A DNA stretch of 62,335 bases, counting the filler. It is 5 parts of 5 records of this genome, joined end to end, with 100 filler letters (N's around TTAATTAATTAA, not from the genome) between each part and the next. Parts side by side here need not be neighbours in the genome. Positions count along the whole stretch, not along the records: positions 32,388 to 51,159 come from SRR20825006_1447; 4 more parts are not named here. One strand, 5' to 3'. Numbering within the stretch: the stretch's first letter is position 1; each line of letters starts with the position of its first letter. The notes under the pieces are model-generated. The model had not been told where the DNA came from. It was given only the letters and a program-made list of their open reading frames with translations, and did no database searches. A program made the position numbers and the translations under genes. Of the stretch, positions 40,891 to 49,622 are shown one piece after another.

Positions 40891-41865
40891 ATGACGACAG
40901 CCAAGCCCACCAAAGCGCTCGCAAAAGCGAGAGTAATCTCCCGTGCGAAACAGAAAACCGCACGCAGTATGCTATTGAGCAGCTTGATTTTGGTGCTTGG
41001 CTTTGCGGCTATCCTTATGGGCATGGGCCGCGCTGAGGCCAATGATGTCGCCCCAAACCCCGGCCTCTGGAAACTCGCTGACGAGGATAGCGAGATCTGG
41101 CTTTTTGGCACCGTTCACATCCTCAACCCCACCCTGAAGTGGCGCAATGAGGCGATCGACCAAGCCTTTCTGGGTGCAGATATCTTCTATAGCGAAGCAC
41201 CAGTGGTGGAGGCCGATGAAACAGTAATGAAACCGCTCATCGCCAAATACGGCGTCAATCATACGGGTACGTCCTTCCTTACCCGGCTGAGCGCACAGGG
41301 GTCGGTTGACCTCAACACCACCATTAAAACACTGGGCTTGCCCGAGACCATCAAACAGCAGTTTGCGGTCTATCGCCCCTGGCTCGCGGGTGTTACGCTT
41401 GGTGCGCTGCAGGTGCAGTCGCGCGGCGGTGATCCTGAAGCGGGTGTTGACAAGATCCTGTGGCGCGAAGCCAAGGTTATTGGCAAAGACCTGCGCTATT
41501 TTGAAACCATGGAACAGCAGATCAGCCTGTTTGGTGGCATGAGCATGGCAGACGAACTGGCTTTCTTCGAATCTGGCCTACGGCAAATGATTGAAGACCC
41601 CGACCTTCTGGATGAGGTCACTTTAGACTGGCAGGCTGGTCGGGTTGAGGCGCTTGGCGAAAAACTCAACGGCGCCATGGTTGGGCAAGCTGGCCTCAAA
41701 ACGCTGCTCCTTGATGACCGCAACAAAAGCTGGGCACAGGATATCAAGAAATTGATGGACGGCGCGGGCACAGCCTTTATCGCGGTTGGCGCAGGGCATC
41801 TGGCAGGCGAAGGCTCGCTGCAGGACCAACTTGCCACGCTTGGCCTCCACGCCAAACGGCAATAA
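40891..41865 (+). CDS. TraB/GumN family protein
   Basis: LWK..DEDSEIWLFGTVH, LLDDRNKSW, FIAVGAGHLAG. Confidence 0.9.
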   Translation: MTTAKPTKALAKARVISRAKQKTARSMLLSSLILVLGFAAILMGMGRAEANDVAPNPGLWKLADEDSEIWLFGTVHILNPTLKWRNEAIDQAFLGADIFYSEAPVVEADETVMKPLIAKYGVNHTGTSFLTRLSAQGSVDLNTTIKTLGLPETIKQQFAVYRPWLAGVTLGALQVQSRGGDPEAGVDKILWREAKVIGKDLRYFETMEQQISLFGGMSMADELAFFESGLRQMIEDPDLLDEVTLDWQAGRVEALGEKLNGAMVGQAGLKTLLLDDRNKSWAQDIKKLMDGAGTAFIAVGAGHLAGEGSLQDQLATLGLHAKRQ

Positions 41866-41904
41866 CCTCACTCAATTCCACAACTCTCTTTGCAAACAAC
41901 TCTT

Positions 41905-41938
41905 CATGGGTATAGGTTGATATCAACTTATACCCATG
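41905..41938. repeat. 34-bp loopless palindrome
   Basis: CATGGGTATAGGTTGATATCAACTTATACCCATG (one G/T mismatch pair). Confidence 0.8.
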
Positions 41939-42021
41939 TTTGACGAAAAGCTGTGCAGAGGAATAGTGATAAAATCTCCGCTTCCTCACTGGGACAAAAG
42001 TGATAACGAGAGCAACACGAA

Positions 42022-42240
42022 ATGAGTTTTCAGAGCTACCTTGATAATATCGAGGAAAAGACCGGCAACTCCCCCAGCGACTTCCAAGAGCTGGCAGCGG
42101 CCAAAAATTTCACCGATGGCGACAAGGTGAAAACGGGCATCAAAGCAGGTGAAATCGTTGCGTGGCTTAAAGAAGATTATGGCCTCGGGCATGGCCACGC
42201 CATGGCGATATACGCCTATTTGAACGGTAAACGGTCCTAA
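42022..42240 (+). CDS. DUF4287 domain protein
   Basis: MSFQSYLDNIEEKTG...WLKEDYGLGHGHAMAI. Confidence 0.88.
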   Translation: MSFQSYLDNIEEKTGNSPSDFQELAAAKNFTDGDKVKTGIKAGEIVAWLKEDYGLGHGHAMAIYAYLNGKRS

Positions 42241-42389
42241 CGCTGCAACTCCGCTCTATAAATTGCTGACTCCAGTGTTTTTTCAGCCAGTCGCATCATT
42301 CTTGCGGCACGCACACAGCTATATTTGTTGCAATCAATAGGTTCCGCTGCACTTTTGCGACGCGAGAACCGTGCCTTTTTGGGGGAAGA

Positions 42390-43814
42390 ATGATGCAACA
42401 TTTCAAACATATCGTGGGCCTGTGCCTTGCTTTCACGCTTGGCTTAACCACGAGTGCACAGGCCGACACAACCGTCATCACCGGCGGCACATTGATCGAC
42501 AGCGCGGGCACCGGCCCGATTGCTGATGCCGTTATGGTGATACGTGACGGCCGCATTCAGGCTGCCGGACCGCGCACAGCCATCGAGTTACCAGCGGACG
42601 CCCGCGAGATTGACGCCACCGGCAAGTTTATCATCCCCGGGCTGATGGACGCCAATGTGCACCTGTACCTGAACCTCGACCTCGAAACGCTGATCAAATA
42701 CGAGGGACGGTATCAGGACATCATTATTGAAGGCGCACAGCTTGCGCTCAAAACCGGGCAAACCACGGTGTTTGACACATGGGGACCATACCCCGCGCTC
42801 AAAAAAGCACGCGATATGCTGAACTCAGGCGAGGCCATCGGCAGCCGCATCTATTTTGCAGGCAACATCATCGGTTTTGACGGCCCGCTTTCTGCTGACT
42901 TCCGCGAGGCTGCCGCCGCTCATGTCAGCAAAGCCATGGTGTCACGCCTGAATGCAGACTGGGAACAAGACACCGGCCGTGACCTGATGTGGATGGGCCC
43001 TGATGAGGTGCGCGGGAAAGTGGATGCCTACGCCGCCAAGGACGTAGACTTCCTGAAATACGGCGCCAGCGGTCATGTGGCGATGGAATTCATTACCTTT
43101 TCACCACGCGTACAAAAGGAGATCGTGGCCGCAGGCCATGCGGCTGGCAAAACCGTGCAGGTGCACACCACCTCCACCGAAAGCCTCGATATGGCGATTG
43201 ATGCGGGTGTTGATATCCTCACGCACTGTGACATCACTGGACCGGTGAAAACCATCCCCGAGGCAACACTTGCCAAGATGGTGGAGCGCGGTATCCCCTG
43301 CTCTATCGTACCGATCACCCAGCGCAGGCTTGATGCTTATATCGAGCAGGACCCCAATCAGGTAATGGCCACCTATCAGGGCATTGGCCGCAAGAATATC
43401 GCCAATATGATCAAGGCTGGCGTAAGCATCCTTTTGTCCACCGACGCTGGTGTGAAAAGCCCGCTCCTGATGGCAGAGAGCAAACAGCCAAAAGTGGATA
43501 TGCGCACGGAACTGGGTGAAGGGCATTTCAACGCTTTCACCGCCCTTGAAGAGCTTGGCATGGCCCCGCTTGAAATCCTGAGAAGCGCAACACTCAACAC
43601 CGCCAAGGCCTATAAGCTTGATGGTGACCTCGGCAGCCTGGAAGCCGGGAAGATAGCCGATCTCGTCATCCTTGACGCAAACCCGCTGGATGCTGCCGCC
43701 AACTACCGCAGTATTCATATGGTGATCAAGGACGGTGTGGTTGTCGACACTGACGCCCTGCCGCTTGCCCCCGTTGTCAGCAATCAGATGCCGCCAGAGG
43801 AAGCGAAGGAATAG
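42390..43814 (+). CDS. exported amidohydrolase family protein
   Basis: Signal peptide; IDATGKFIIPGLMD, STDAG, GSLEAGKIADLVILDANPL. Confidence 0.88.
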   Translation: MMQHFKHIVGLCLAFTLGLTTSAQADTTVITGGTLIDSAGTGPIADAVMVIRDGRIQAAGPRTAIELPADAREIDATGKFIIPGLMDANVHLYLNLDLETLIKYEGRYQDIIIEGAQLALKTGQTTVFDTWGPYPALKKARDMLNSGEAIGSRIYFAGNIIGFDGPLSADFREAAAAHVSKAMVSRLNADWEQDTGRDLMWMGPDEVRGKVDAYAAKDVDFLKYGASGHVAMEFITFSPRVQKEIVAAGHAAGKTVQVHTTSTESLDMAIDAGVDILTHCDITGPVKTIPEATLAKMVERGIPCSIVPITQRRLDAYIEQDPNQVMATYQGIGRKNIANMIKAGVSILLSTDAGVKSPLLMAESKQPKVDMRTELGEGHFNAFTALEELGMAPLEILRSATLNTAKAYKLDGDLGSLEAGKIADLVILDANPLDAAANYRSIHMVIKDGVVVDTDALPLAPVVSNQMPPEEAKE

Positions 43815-43837
43815 TCCCCTCCAGTGCTGCATAAAAC

Positions 43838-43866
43838 AAAGGCCCGGCGACCTGCCGGGCCTTTTT
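43838..43866. terminator. bidirectional terminator
   Basis: AAAGGCCCGGC-GACCT-GCCGGGCCTTTTT. Confidence 0.8.
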
Positions 43867-43887
43867 AATGTCAGGCAGTATCGCTGC

Positions 43888-44400
43888 CTAGTTTTGCGCT
43901 GTCAGCAAATCCCGGCGCGCAGCAACATCAGACGCGCTTACTCGCGCCCAAATGTTCTGCGTGCAAAGTCCGCGTTTGCATTCACTTATTTCCAGTTTGT
44001 CAGCATCCAGAAGTGTGAGACGGCCATCTTCACCCCGGCGTTTGCCGGGTGTGTAGATCTTGCCGCCCGCCCACATGCCGCTAACCTCGTGGAAGCGCTT
44101 AAGCACCACGGCATCTACTTCGTCACGGTCCTCAGACCAGACGATAGTGCCGCAGAGTTTCGAGGTTTTCGCACTGCACGGCGCAACCTCGATCATTTTT
44201 TCCCCACCGGAAGTTTGCCAGAACCCGGTGGGGCTGGGAGCCTCAGCATTACTCAGGTCTGCGCTCATGGCGGGTGTCGCCACCATGAAAGACGCCCCAA
44301 GAAAAGCCGTTGCAAGGCCCAGGGAGAATTTGTTCAGAATTTTGGTCGAAACTACTGCTTTCGCAACTATGCGTGTCATGTGTCTGCTCCTCGCGTTCAT
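43888..44400 (-). CDS. DUF2147 domain exported protein
   Basis: GFWQT..G...IEVAPC...LCGTIVW, GKIY.P, C..GLC....W.RV; start uncertain. Confidence 0.8.
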   Translation of the reverse strand: MNARSRHMTRIVAKAVVSTKILNKFSLGLATAFLGASFMVATPAMSADLSNAEAPSPTGFWQTSGGEKMIEVAPCSAKTSKLCGTIVWSEDRDEVDAVVLKRFHEVSGMWAGGKIYTPGKRRGEDGRLTLLDADKLEISECKRGLCTQNIWARVSASDVAARRDLLTAQN

Positions 44401-44520
44401 AACTCAAGCCTGAGGCCGAAGCGGCCATGGATTGAGCATCCGTATGAGCGTCGGTTCTGGCGACATGGGTGCCAACGCTTCATGAACATTATCTTGGCGC
44501 TAAAGGGGGAAGCTGACTCG

Positions 44521-44577
44521 CCGATTTCGAAATCGGATAGTCTTTTCAGAAATCAGCAAGCTTTTGAAAGTTTCAGC
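44521..44577. promoter_or_regulatory. repeated sites between AraC gene and DUF2147 gene
   Basis: Palindrome CCGATTTCGAAATCGG, then GAAATCAG 20 nt later and a weaker third copy. Confidence 0.45.
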
Positions 44578-44615
44578 GAGAGGAAATACGCCTGAACGCA
44601 GGGGCCGGAATAATC

Positions 44616-45770
44616 CTAGGAAGCCATTTCCAGATCGCTCAGGAACTGGCGGCGATATTCCGATGGTGTCTGGCCCGTACGTTCCTTGAAAGCGCGGTTG
44701 AACGGCCCGAGGGAACCGTAGCCAAGGTCCATGGCTATCGTCAGCACAGGTACATGGCGTTCAGCACAATCGGCCAGCCGTTCCTGTGCCACAGATACTC
44801 GGTGGTGGTTGAGGAAATCTGAAAAATTACGGAACCCGAGCTGCTGGTTAATCAGCCGCCTGAGGCGGTGTTCCGGCATGCGAAGCTGGTCAGCCAGCCC
44901 CGCGATGGTAAGACCCTGTTCAAGGAATGCCTTGTCAGTGATTACACGCCTCAAGGCATCCAGATCATGTTTGTCTTCCACCGGCACAACTGTGGGCGGT
45001 TCACTCACAGCAGGGTCACTAAACACAAAGAGGTCAATACCGTCAGGGCCCGATATCCGCCACAAAACAAAGAAGGTTATGATGAAAAAGGCACTGGATT
45101 GCACCACTAACAACAACTCGTCAAATCCACGGTCCACAAGGAAGGTTTCAGCGACCAAAATCGCCACTGACAGAACTACCACTGCGGTCACAAACATGCG
45201 CCGGAACACACAGCGGCTTTCCATCAGGTCATCCTGACGGCCTTGCCATATAATAAGAACGAGATGAATAAGCGTTGCCAGCGTGATCAGTTTGGAGGTG
45301 GCGAATCCCACACTAGTGATTTCCCCTTGCCCACCTATTAGCCCCACCATGGTCACAAATCCGGTGGCAAACTGGGCTGCAACCACACCCCAGTGCCAAC
45401 GTTTCATGTTGAAATGATCATCAAATTGCGACAGGCAAAACAGCCAGGCAAACGCTGTACCGGGGAAACATAAGGGGATCAGCATTGCCCCGAATGAGAA
45501 ACCACCAATTATCGGATCAACTTTGGTGCTGACAAGATAGACGATTTGGCTGAGAGCCAAAGCGACACCCAGCTTCCCGCGCACATGGCAGCGAAAATCC
45601 CGGCAAATAAGAACCGCCAGCCAGAACAAAAGGCTGATCGACCCATACCGCATCAGGTTGTCAAACGTTTCCAAACTATATCCCCGCCGTGTAGCCCGGT
45701 CTTTCTCCCATATAAGGAGTGCCGAGCAAAAAAACCAGAGGGTGCGACCCGATGCCTCTGAAAGTTCCAT
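44616..45770 (-). CDS. membrane-anchored AraC family regulator
   Basis: Several TM helices; PEHRLRRLINQQLGFRNF, IAMDLGYGSLGPFNRAFK..TG.TPSEYR; true start probably near TTG 45674. Confidence 0.88.
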   Translation of the reverse strand: MELSEASGRTLWFFCSALLIWEKDRATRRGYSLETFDNLMRYGSISLLFWLAVLICRDFRCHVRGKLGVALALSQIVYLVSTKVDPIIGGFSFGAMLIPLCFPGTAFAWLFCLSQFDDHFNMKRWHWGVVAAQFATGFVTMVGLIGGQGEITSVGFATSKLITLATLIHLVLIIWQGRQDDLMESRCVFRRMFVTAVVVLSVAILVAETFLVDRGFDELLLVVQSSAFFIITFFVLWRISGPDGIDLFVFSDPAVSEPPTVVPVEDKHDLDALRRVITDKAFLEQGLTIAGLADQLRMPEHRLRRLINQQLGFRNFSDFLNHHRVSVAQERLADCAERHVPVLTIAMDLGYGSLGPFNRAFKERTGQTPSEYRRQFLSDLEMAS

Positions 45771-45866
45771 TATGCAGGAATGAATAGCTCAGAAGTACCC
45801 ACACCCTTGTGCGCTGCTGGGGTTTAGGCTATAAAGTTAACCATCCTCTCACATCACATTAAAATA

Positions 45867-45903
45867 ATCGACATACTCGATAACAATAATCGAACTTGCT
45901 CGG
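45867..45903. promoter_or_regulatory. OxyR-like site upstream of ahpC
   Basis: ATCG-N7-CGAT-N7-ATCG matches OxyR tetramer spacing; fourth tetramer poor. Confidence 0.45.
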
Positions 45904-46034
45904 TTGCAATTGATGGCCAGAAGCATAAAGTAAGCCTCGCTGGCGCCGACAACTTTGTGCGGCTACTGCCCATGTGGTTGCGCGCCTATTCAGTTTGAAC
46001 ATTTTGATACCACCCCAAGATTAAGGAGGAACGC

Positions 46035-46640
46035 ATGGCCGTTCTCGCAGCTAAACCAGCTCCAGATTTTTCCGCTGTCGCCGTAATGGAAGATGGCAGC
46101 ATCAACGAAAACTTTAACTTCAAAGATTACCTCGACGGCGACTATGGCCTGCTGTTTTTCTACCCGCTCGACTTCACCTTCGTGTGCCCAAGCGAGATCC
46201 TCGCGTTCCACAACCGCATGAAAAAGTTCAAAGAGCTTGGCGTTAAAGTTGTTGCTGTGTCTGTTGACAGCCAGTTCAGCCACGTTGCATGGCGCAACAC
46301 GCCTACAGCCGAAGGTGGCCTCGGCCCGGTTGACTTCCCAATGGTTGCAGACATCACCAAACAGATCGCACGCGATTATGACGTGCTGATCGAAGAAGAC
46401 GGCGTTGCCCTTCGCGGTACGTTCCTCATCGGTAAAGACGGCCTCGTTTGGCACCAGACAGTGAACAACCTGCCACTTGGCCGTAACGTTGACGAATATG
46501 TTCGTCTTGTTGAAGCGCTTCAGTTCCATGAAGAGCACGGCGAAGTTTGTCCTGCCGGCTGGAACAAAGGCGACGAAGGCATGAAAGCTGATGCCGCAGG
46601 CGTTGCTGACTACCTCGGCAAACACGCTGGCAAGCTTTAA
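46035..46640 (+). CDS. ahpC: typical 2-Cys peroxiredoxin
   Basis: FYPLDFTFVCPSE and GEVCPAGW; RBS AAGGAGG. Confidence 0.95.
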   Translation: MAVLAAKPAPDFSAVAVMEDGSINENFNFKDYLDGDYGLLFFYPLDFTFVCPSEILAFHNRMKKFKELGVKVVAVSVDSQFSHVAWRNTPTAEGGLGPVDFPMVADITKQIARDYDVLIEEDGVALRGTFLIGKDGLVWHQTVNNLPLGRNVDEYVRLVEALQFHEEHGEVCPAGWNKGDEGMKADAAGVADYLGKHAGKL

Positions 46641-46669
46641 GCCTTAAAAATTTCCAGGCTTAAATATAG

Positions 46670-46698
46670 AAGCCCCGGGCCTTGTGTCCGGGGCTTTT
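46670..46698 (+). terminator. intrinsic terminator (AAGCCCCGG family)
   Basis: AAGCCCCGG-GCCTTGTGT-CCGGGGCTTTT. Confidence 0.8.
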
Positions 46699-46805
46699 CT
46701 GTTGGTGGCGCAGCAACCCAACGCTAAATTCTTAGCTCACAAAGCCCACCCCTGCCCGTCTGTCCCCTAAGAATTCGTTTTCCAAATGTGTTCAAGGGAC
46801 AGCCC

Positions 46806-48809
46806 ATGCCACTCAACAGCCAATTCAACGCCGCCATCACTTTAGTGCTGAAAAACCTGAACCCGGTTATTCAGTCCCTGATGTCCCGTAAGGATTACTC
46901 GAACCCGAGAGCGCCGTTTGATGTGCAGGAGAAAACCCGCGATCTGAGCGCCTACAAACAACTATTGATGACGACGCAGGCGTCGGGGAGCCAGGAAGAT
47001 GCGGATGCGCTTCTGGCTATGACAAAAGAGCCAATCCAGCCGGATATCAACCTGATGATGTCCTCCAACATTACGCTTTCGCGCATGGGACAGCTCAACA
47101 CCGACCGCACCATTGAGCCAGTCACCGCAACTGGGCAGAACAAGCTTCTCGGCAGCCTTGAAGACAGCATCATGAAAATGGTGGCCGCGTCACAATACAG
47201 CCCGCAACCGGCACCGCCACCCGACCCGCCGCCACCGCCACCGCCGGTGGTCGGCACAGCAACTATCGCCATCCGTTCCATCCAGTTCACCAGCCGCCAC
47301 GAAAACCCACCCGGGACAAAATCGCTGGTGCAGAACGCTGCCAATACATACACCCGCGCAGACGGTGTCAATGTTGCCACAACGCTTGATAACAGCGCCG
47401 CCGCCTATAACGCGCAGGAGTGGGATATCACCCGTGGCGGCGGTGGGCCTGAGCCTTTTTCGCAAACACAAAACACAGCACCAGCGCTTACCGTTGTGTG
47501 CAGAGTGGGCGCTGTCGGCGGTAGCGTTACCGTCGCCGGCTTCGCCGGACAACTGGCCGGCACCCCGGGCCAGATCAACGGTGCCAATTATGGCCCGGGG
47601 CCCTTTAATATCGCGCTGAACCAGACTGGCATGCTGCCCGGCGCGCCTGCGGTTATCGCAAGCGGCGCCACACAAGACTTCACACTGACCTTTACGGGCG
47701 GCGCCAATTTCCCAACAGAGATCGGCGTGGCAGACCTGGGGCTCAGCGTCACGGTTAACTCGAACGCGCCTGCCGTTACAGATAACGTGGCCGCCGCAAG
47801 TCGGGTTTATCTCACCTTTGGGGCACCTGCAGGTACGGTGACTTCGCCAGCACCCAATAATTTTGCGCTCGGTGGCAACGTGCAATCTGTCACACCGGCG
47901 CGGCTTGAGCTTGCCATTCAGGCAGTACGTGACGGCAGCACCAGCGGCATCGCTGGCGTACCCGGCTTCGCCTACGCCAATGCAGAAGCCTGTGTGGATG
48001 CCAGCTTCCTCTTTCTCAAGAACCTTGGCGTAAGCTTCGCGCTGGGGTATCGCTGGCAGGCGCCGATCAACGAGACCGGCCTTACCAACACGGTCGGCGG
48101 GGCGCAGCCGCCGCTTCATACCTACCTGTGGATGGCGATGAGCCCACTCGCCGGGGTGGTGCCGCCCGCGAACCTGCCTGCGACCGAAGCCTGGGCCGAA
48201 TGCCACAACCTGGCGGTCGCCTTTGTGCTTCTGAATGAAATTCTTGGCCTTGCGCCCTTTGTCGTCAATTACGGCATGGGCAACCTGCTAGGTTACGCGA
48301 CGGATTACCCGCAACCGCGCCGCGCTGACATCGCCCCCTACCCGCCAATGGTTGGGGCGCTAAAGGGTGCGCTTCATATGCCATACAACAGGAACTTCCT
48401 GATGCCCAATACCCTGCCCGCACAGCAGTCGCTCGGATTTGTTGATCAGCATGGCGGCGTGAACAATTTTGAAGGGGTGACCATTTTCAACAACGCGCGG
48501 CTCTACCCCATCGGGGAGGTGATCCTGGCCGACCATAACCGCGACACCAATGCCAACAATTATTACGCCGAGTATGACCATACAACGACCGATTACGTGG
48601 ACCCGGCCAATGGTGTACCGCTCGGTTTCAACGGCGCCAACGGTCTGGCCCCGCTCGTCTTCTCCGGTGACTGGATCTGGTGGTTCCTGAACGGTGGCGG
48701 TGGAATTGGTTGGTCCTGGCAGAACGGATACGTACCAGACCCCTATCCCGGCACTGTCGTACCGTTCCTGTCCTTCGGTATACCCGGCTGCTTCTGGTGG
48801 CAAAATTAA
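46806..48809 (+). CDS. large hypothetical protein: helical N-domain, poly-Pro linker, beta-rich domain, transglutaminase-like Cys motif
   Basis: 667 aa open from ATG 46806 with RBS AAGGGA; PQPAPPPDPPPPPPP linker; WAECHNLAVAFVLLNEILG. Confidence 0.8.
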   Translation: MPLNSQFNAAITLVLKNLNPVIQSLMSRKDYSNPRAPFDVQEKTRDLSAYKQLLMTTQASGSQEDADALLAMTKEPIQPDINLMMSSNITLSRMGQLNTDRTIEPVTATGQNKLLGSLEDSIMKMVAASQYSPQPAPPPDPPPPPPPVVGTATIAIRSIQFTSRHENPPGTKSLVQNAANTYTRADGVNVATTLDNSAAAYNAQEWDITRGGGGPEPFSQTQNTAPALTVVCRVGAVGGSVTVAGFAGQLAGTPGQINGANYGPGPFNIALNQTGMLPGAPAVIASGATQDFTLTFTGGANFPTEIGVADLGLSVTVNSNAPAVTDNVAAASRVYLTFGAPAGTVTSPAPNNFALGGNVQSVTPARLELAIQAVRDGSTSGIAGVPGFAYANAEACVDASFLFLKNLGVSFALGYRWQAPINETGLTNTVGGAQPPLHTYLWMAMSPLAGVVPPANLPATEAWAECHNLAVAFVLLNEILGLAPFVVNYGMGNLLGYATDYPQPRRADIAPYPPMVGALKGALHMPYNRNFLMPNTLPAQQSLGFVDQHGGVNNFEGVTIFNNARLYPIGEVILADHNRDTNANNYYAEYDHTTTDYVDPANGVPLGFNGANGLAPLVFSGDWIWWFLNGGGGIGWSWQNGYVPDPYPGTVVPFLSFGIPGCFWWQN

Positions 48810-48826
48810 ATGTGGGGAGATAGATC

Positions 48827-49474
48827 ATGAGCGTTACAAAACCAACGCAGATACCGCCTTATGCAGACCTTGGTACCCTGTTGATGACCGCCCCGACGGA
48901 CAAGGGCACGCGCCCTTCCAGCGTGCAGGAAAAAATGGCCGTTAACAGCCACCTGAGCTGGCTCAAGGCTGTACTTAAAAAAGGCTTCCAGCCCGACGCA
49001 TCCGCCGCCAGCTACTGCCGCATCTTCGCGCAGGAAGAAGACAAGTTCGACATCGTGCGCGGCGGTTATATGGTGGACATGGACCATATGGTCACGGCCA
49101 GCAGCAAGTTTGTGCTCAGCATCTCCACCACCGCCATCCCGGTCAGCAGCGAAGTCACCCCCGCCAAACAAGCCGAAGCCACAGCCCGCGCGCTTTTCAA
49201 CTGGCCCCCGCGCACAGCGGCGCCCTTTGAGGAGCTGGGCACAGACGACGACTTTCACTATGGCATCCGGCAAGTGAGTAAACCCATGCCACTGAGCGGC
49301 AAAAGCACCGAGCGTCACTGGCCATCATGGGAAGAAAGCTTCGCCTGGTGGTGTGACGGGCAAACTGCGTCTTTCATCTTCACCAAAGCCCCCGGCGGGC
49401 CGACGCAGGAAGTTATCACGCCTGGCGAGGACGCTAACCAATATTGGTTCACATCACCGCCCAAAAGCCGTTAA
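48827..49474 (+). CDS. hypothetical protein, partner of upstream gene
   Basis: RBS GGGGAG; starts 17 nt after the upstream stop; 215 aa; no recognised family. Confidence 0.78.
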   Translation: MSVTKPTQIPPYADLGTLLMTAPTDKGTRPSSVQEKMAVNSHLSWLKAVLKKGFQPDASAASYCRIFAQEEDKFDIVRGGYMVDMDHMVTASSKFVLSISTTAIPVSSEVTPAKQAEATARALFNWPPRTAAPFEELGTDDDFHYGIRQVSKPMPLSGKSTERHWPSWEESFAWWCDGQTASFIFTKAPGGPTQEVITPGEDANQYWFTSPPKSR

Positions 49475-49527
49475 TCCAGCAGTGCCGGCACCTAAAGGCT
49501 TTCCCCACAGCCCACCGGCCTCACCAC

Positions 49528-49557
49528 AAGCCCCGGAGAAATCCGGGGCTTTTTTTT
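49528..49557 (+). terminator. intrinsic terminator (AAGCCCCGG family)
   Basis: AAGCCCCGGA-GAAA-TCCGGGGCTTTTTTTT. Confidence 0.88.
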
Positions 49558-49622
49558 ATCCGCCACTCAGGCTAGCCTCACGCTTAAGCATCCAGCAAAA
49601 CGATACCTTGGGGGAGACAGCC

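Noticed and set aside
47190-48206. 338-aa minus-strand ORF inside the orphan gene
   Set aside because: Shadow frame; the plus strand has the RBS, the longer frame and coherent domain structure
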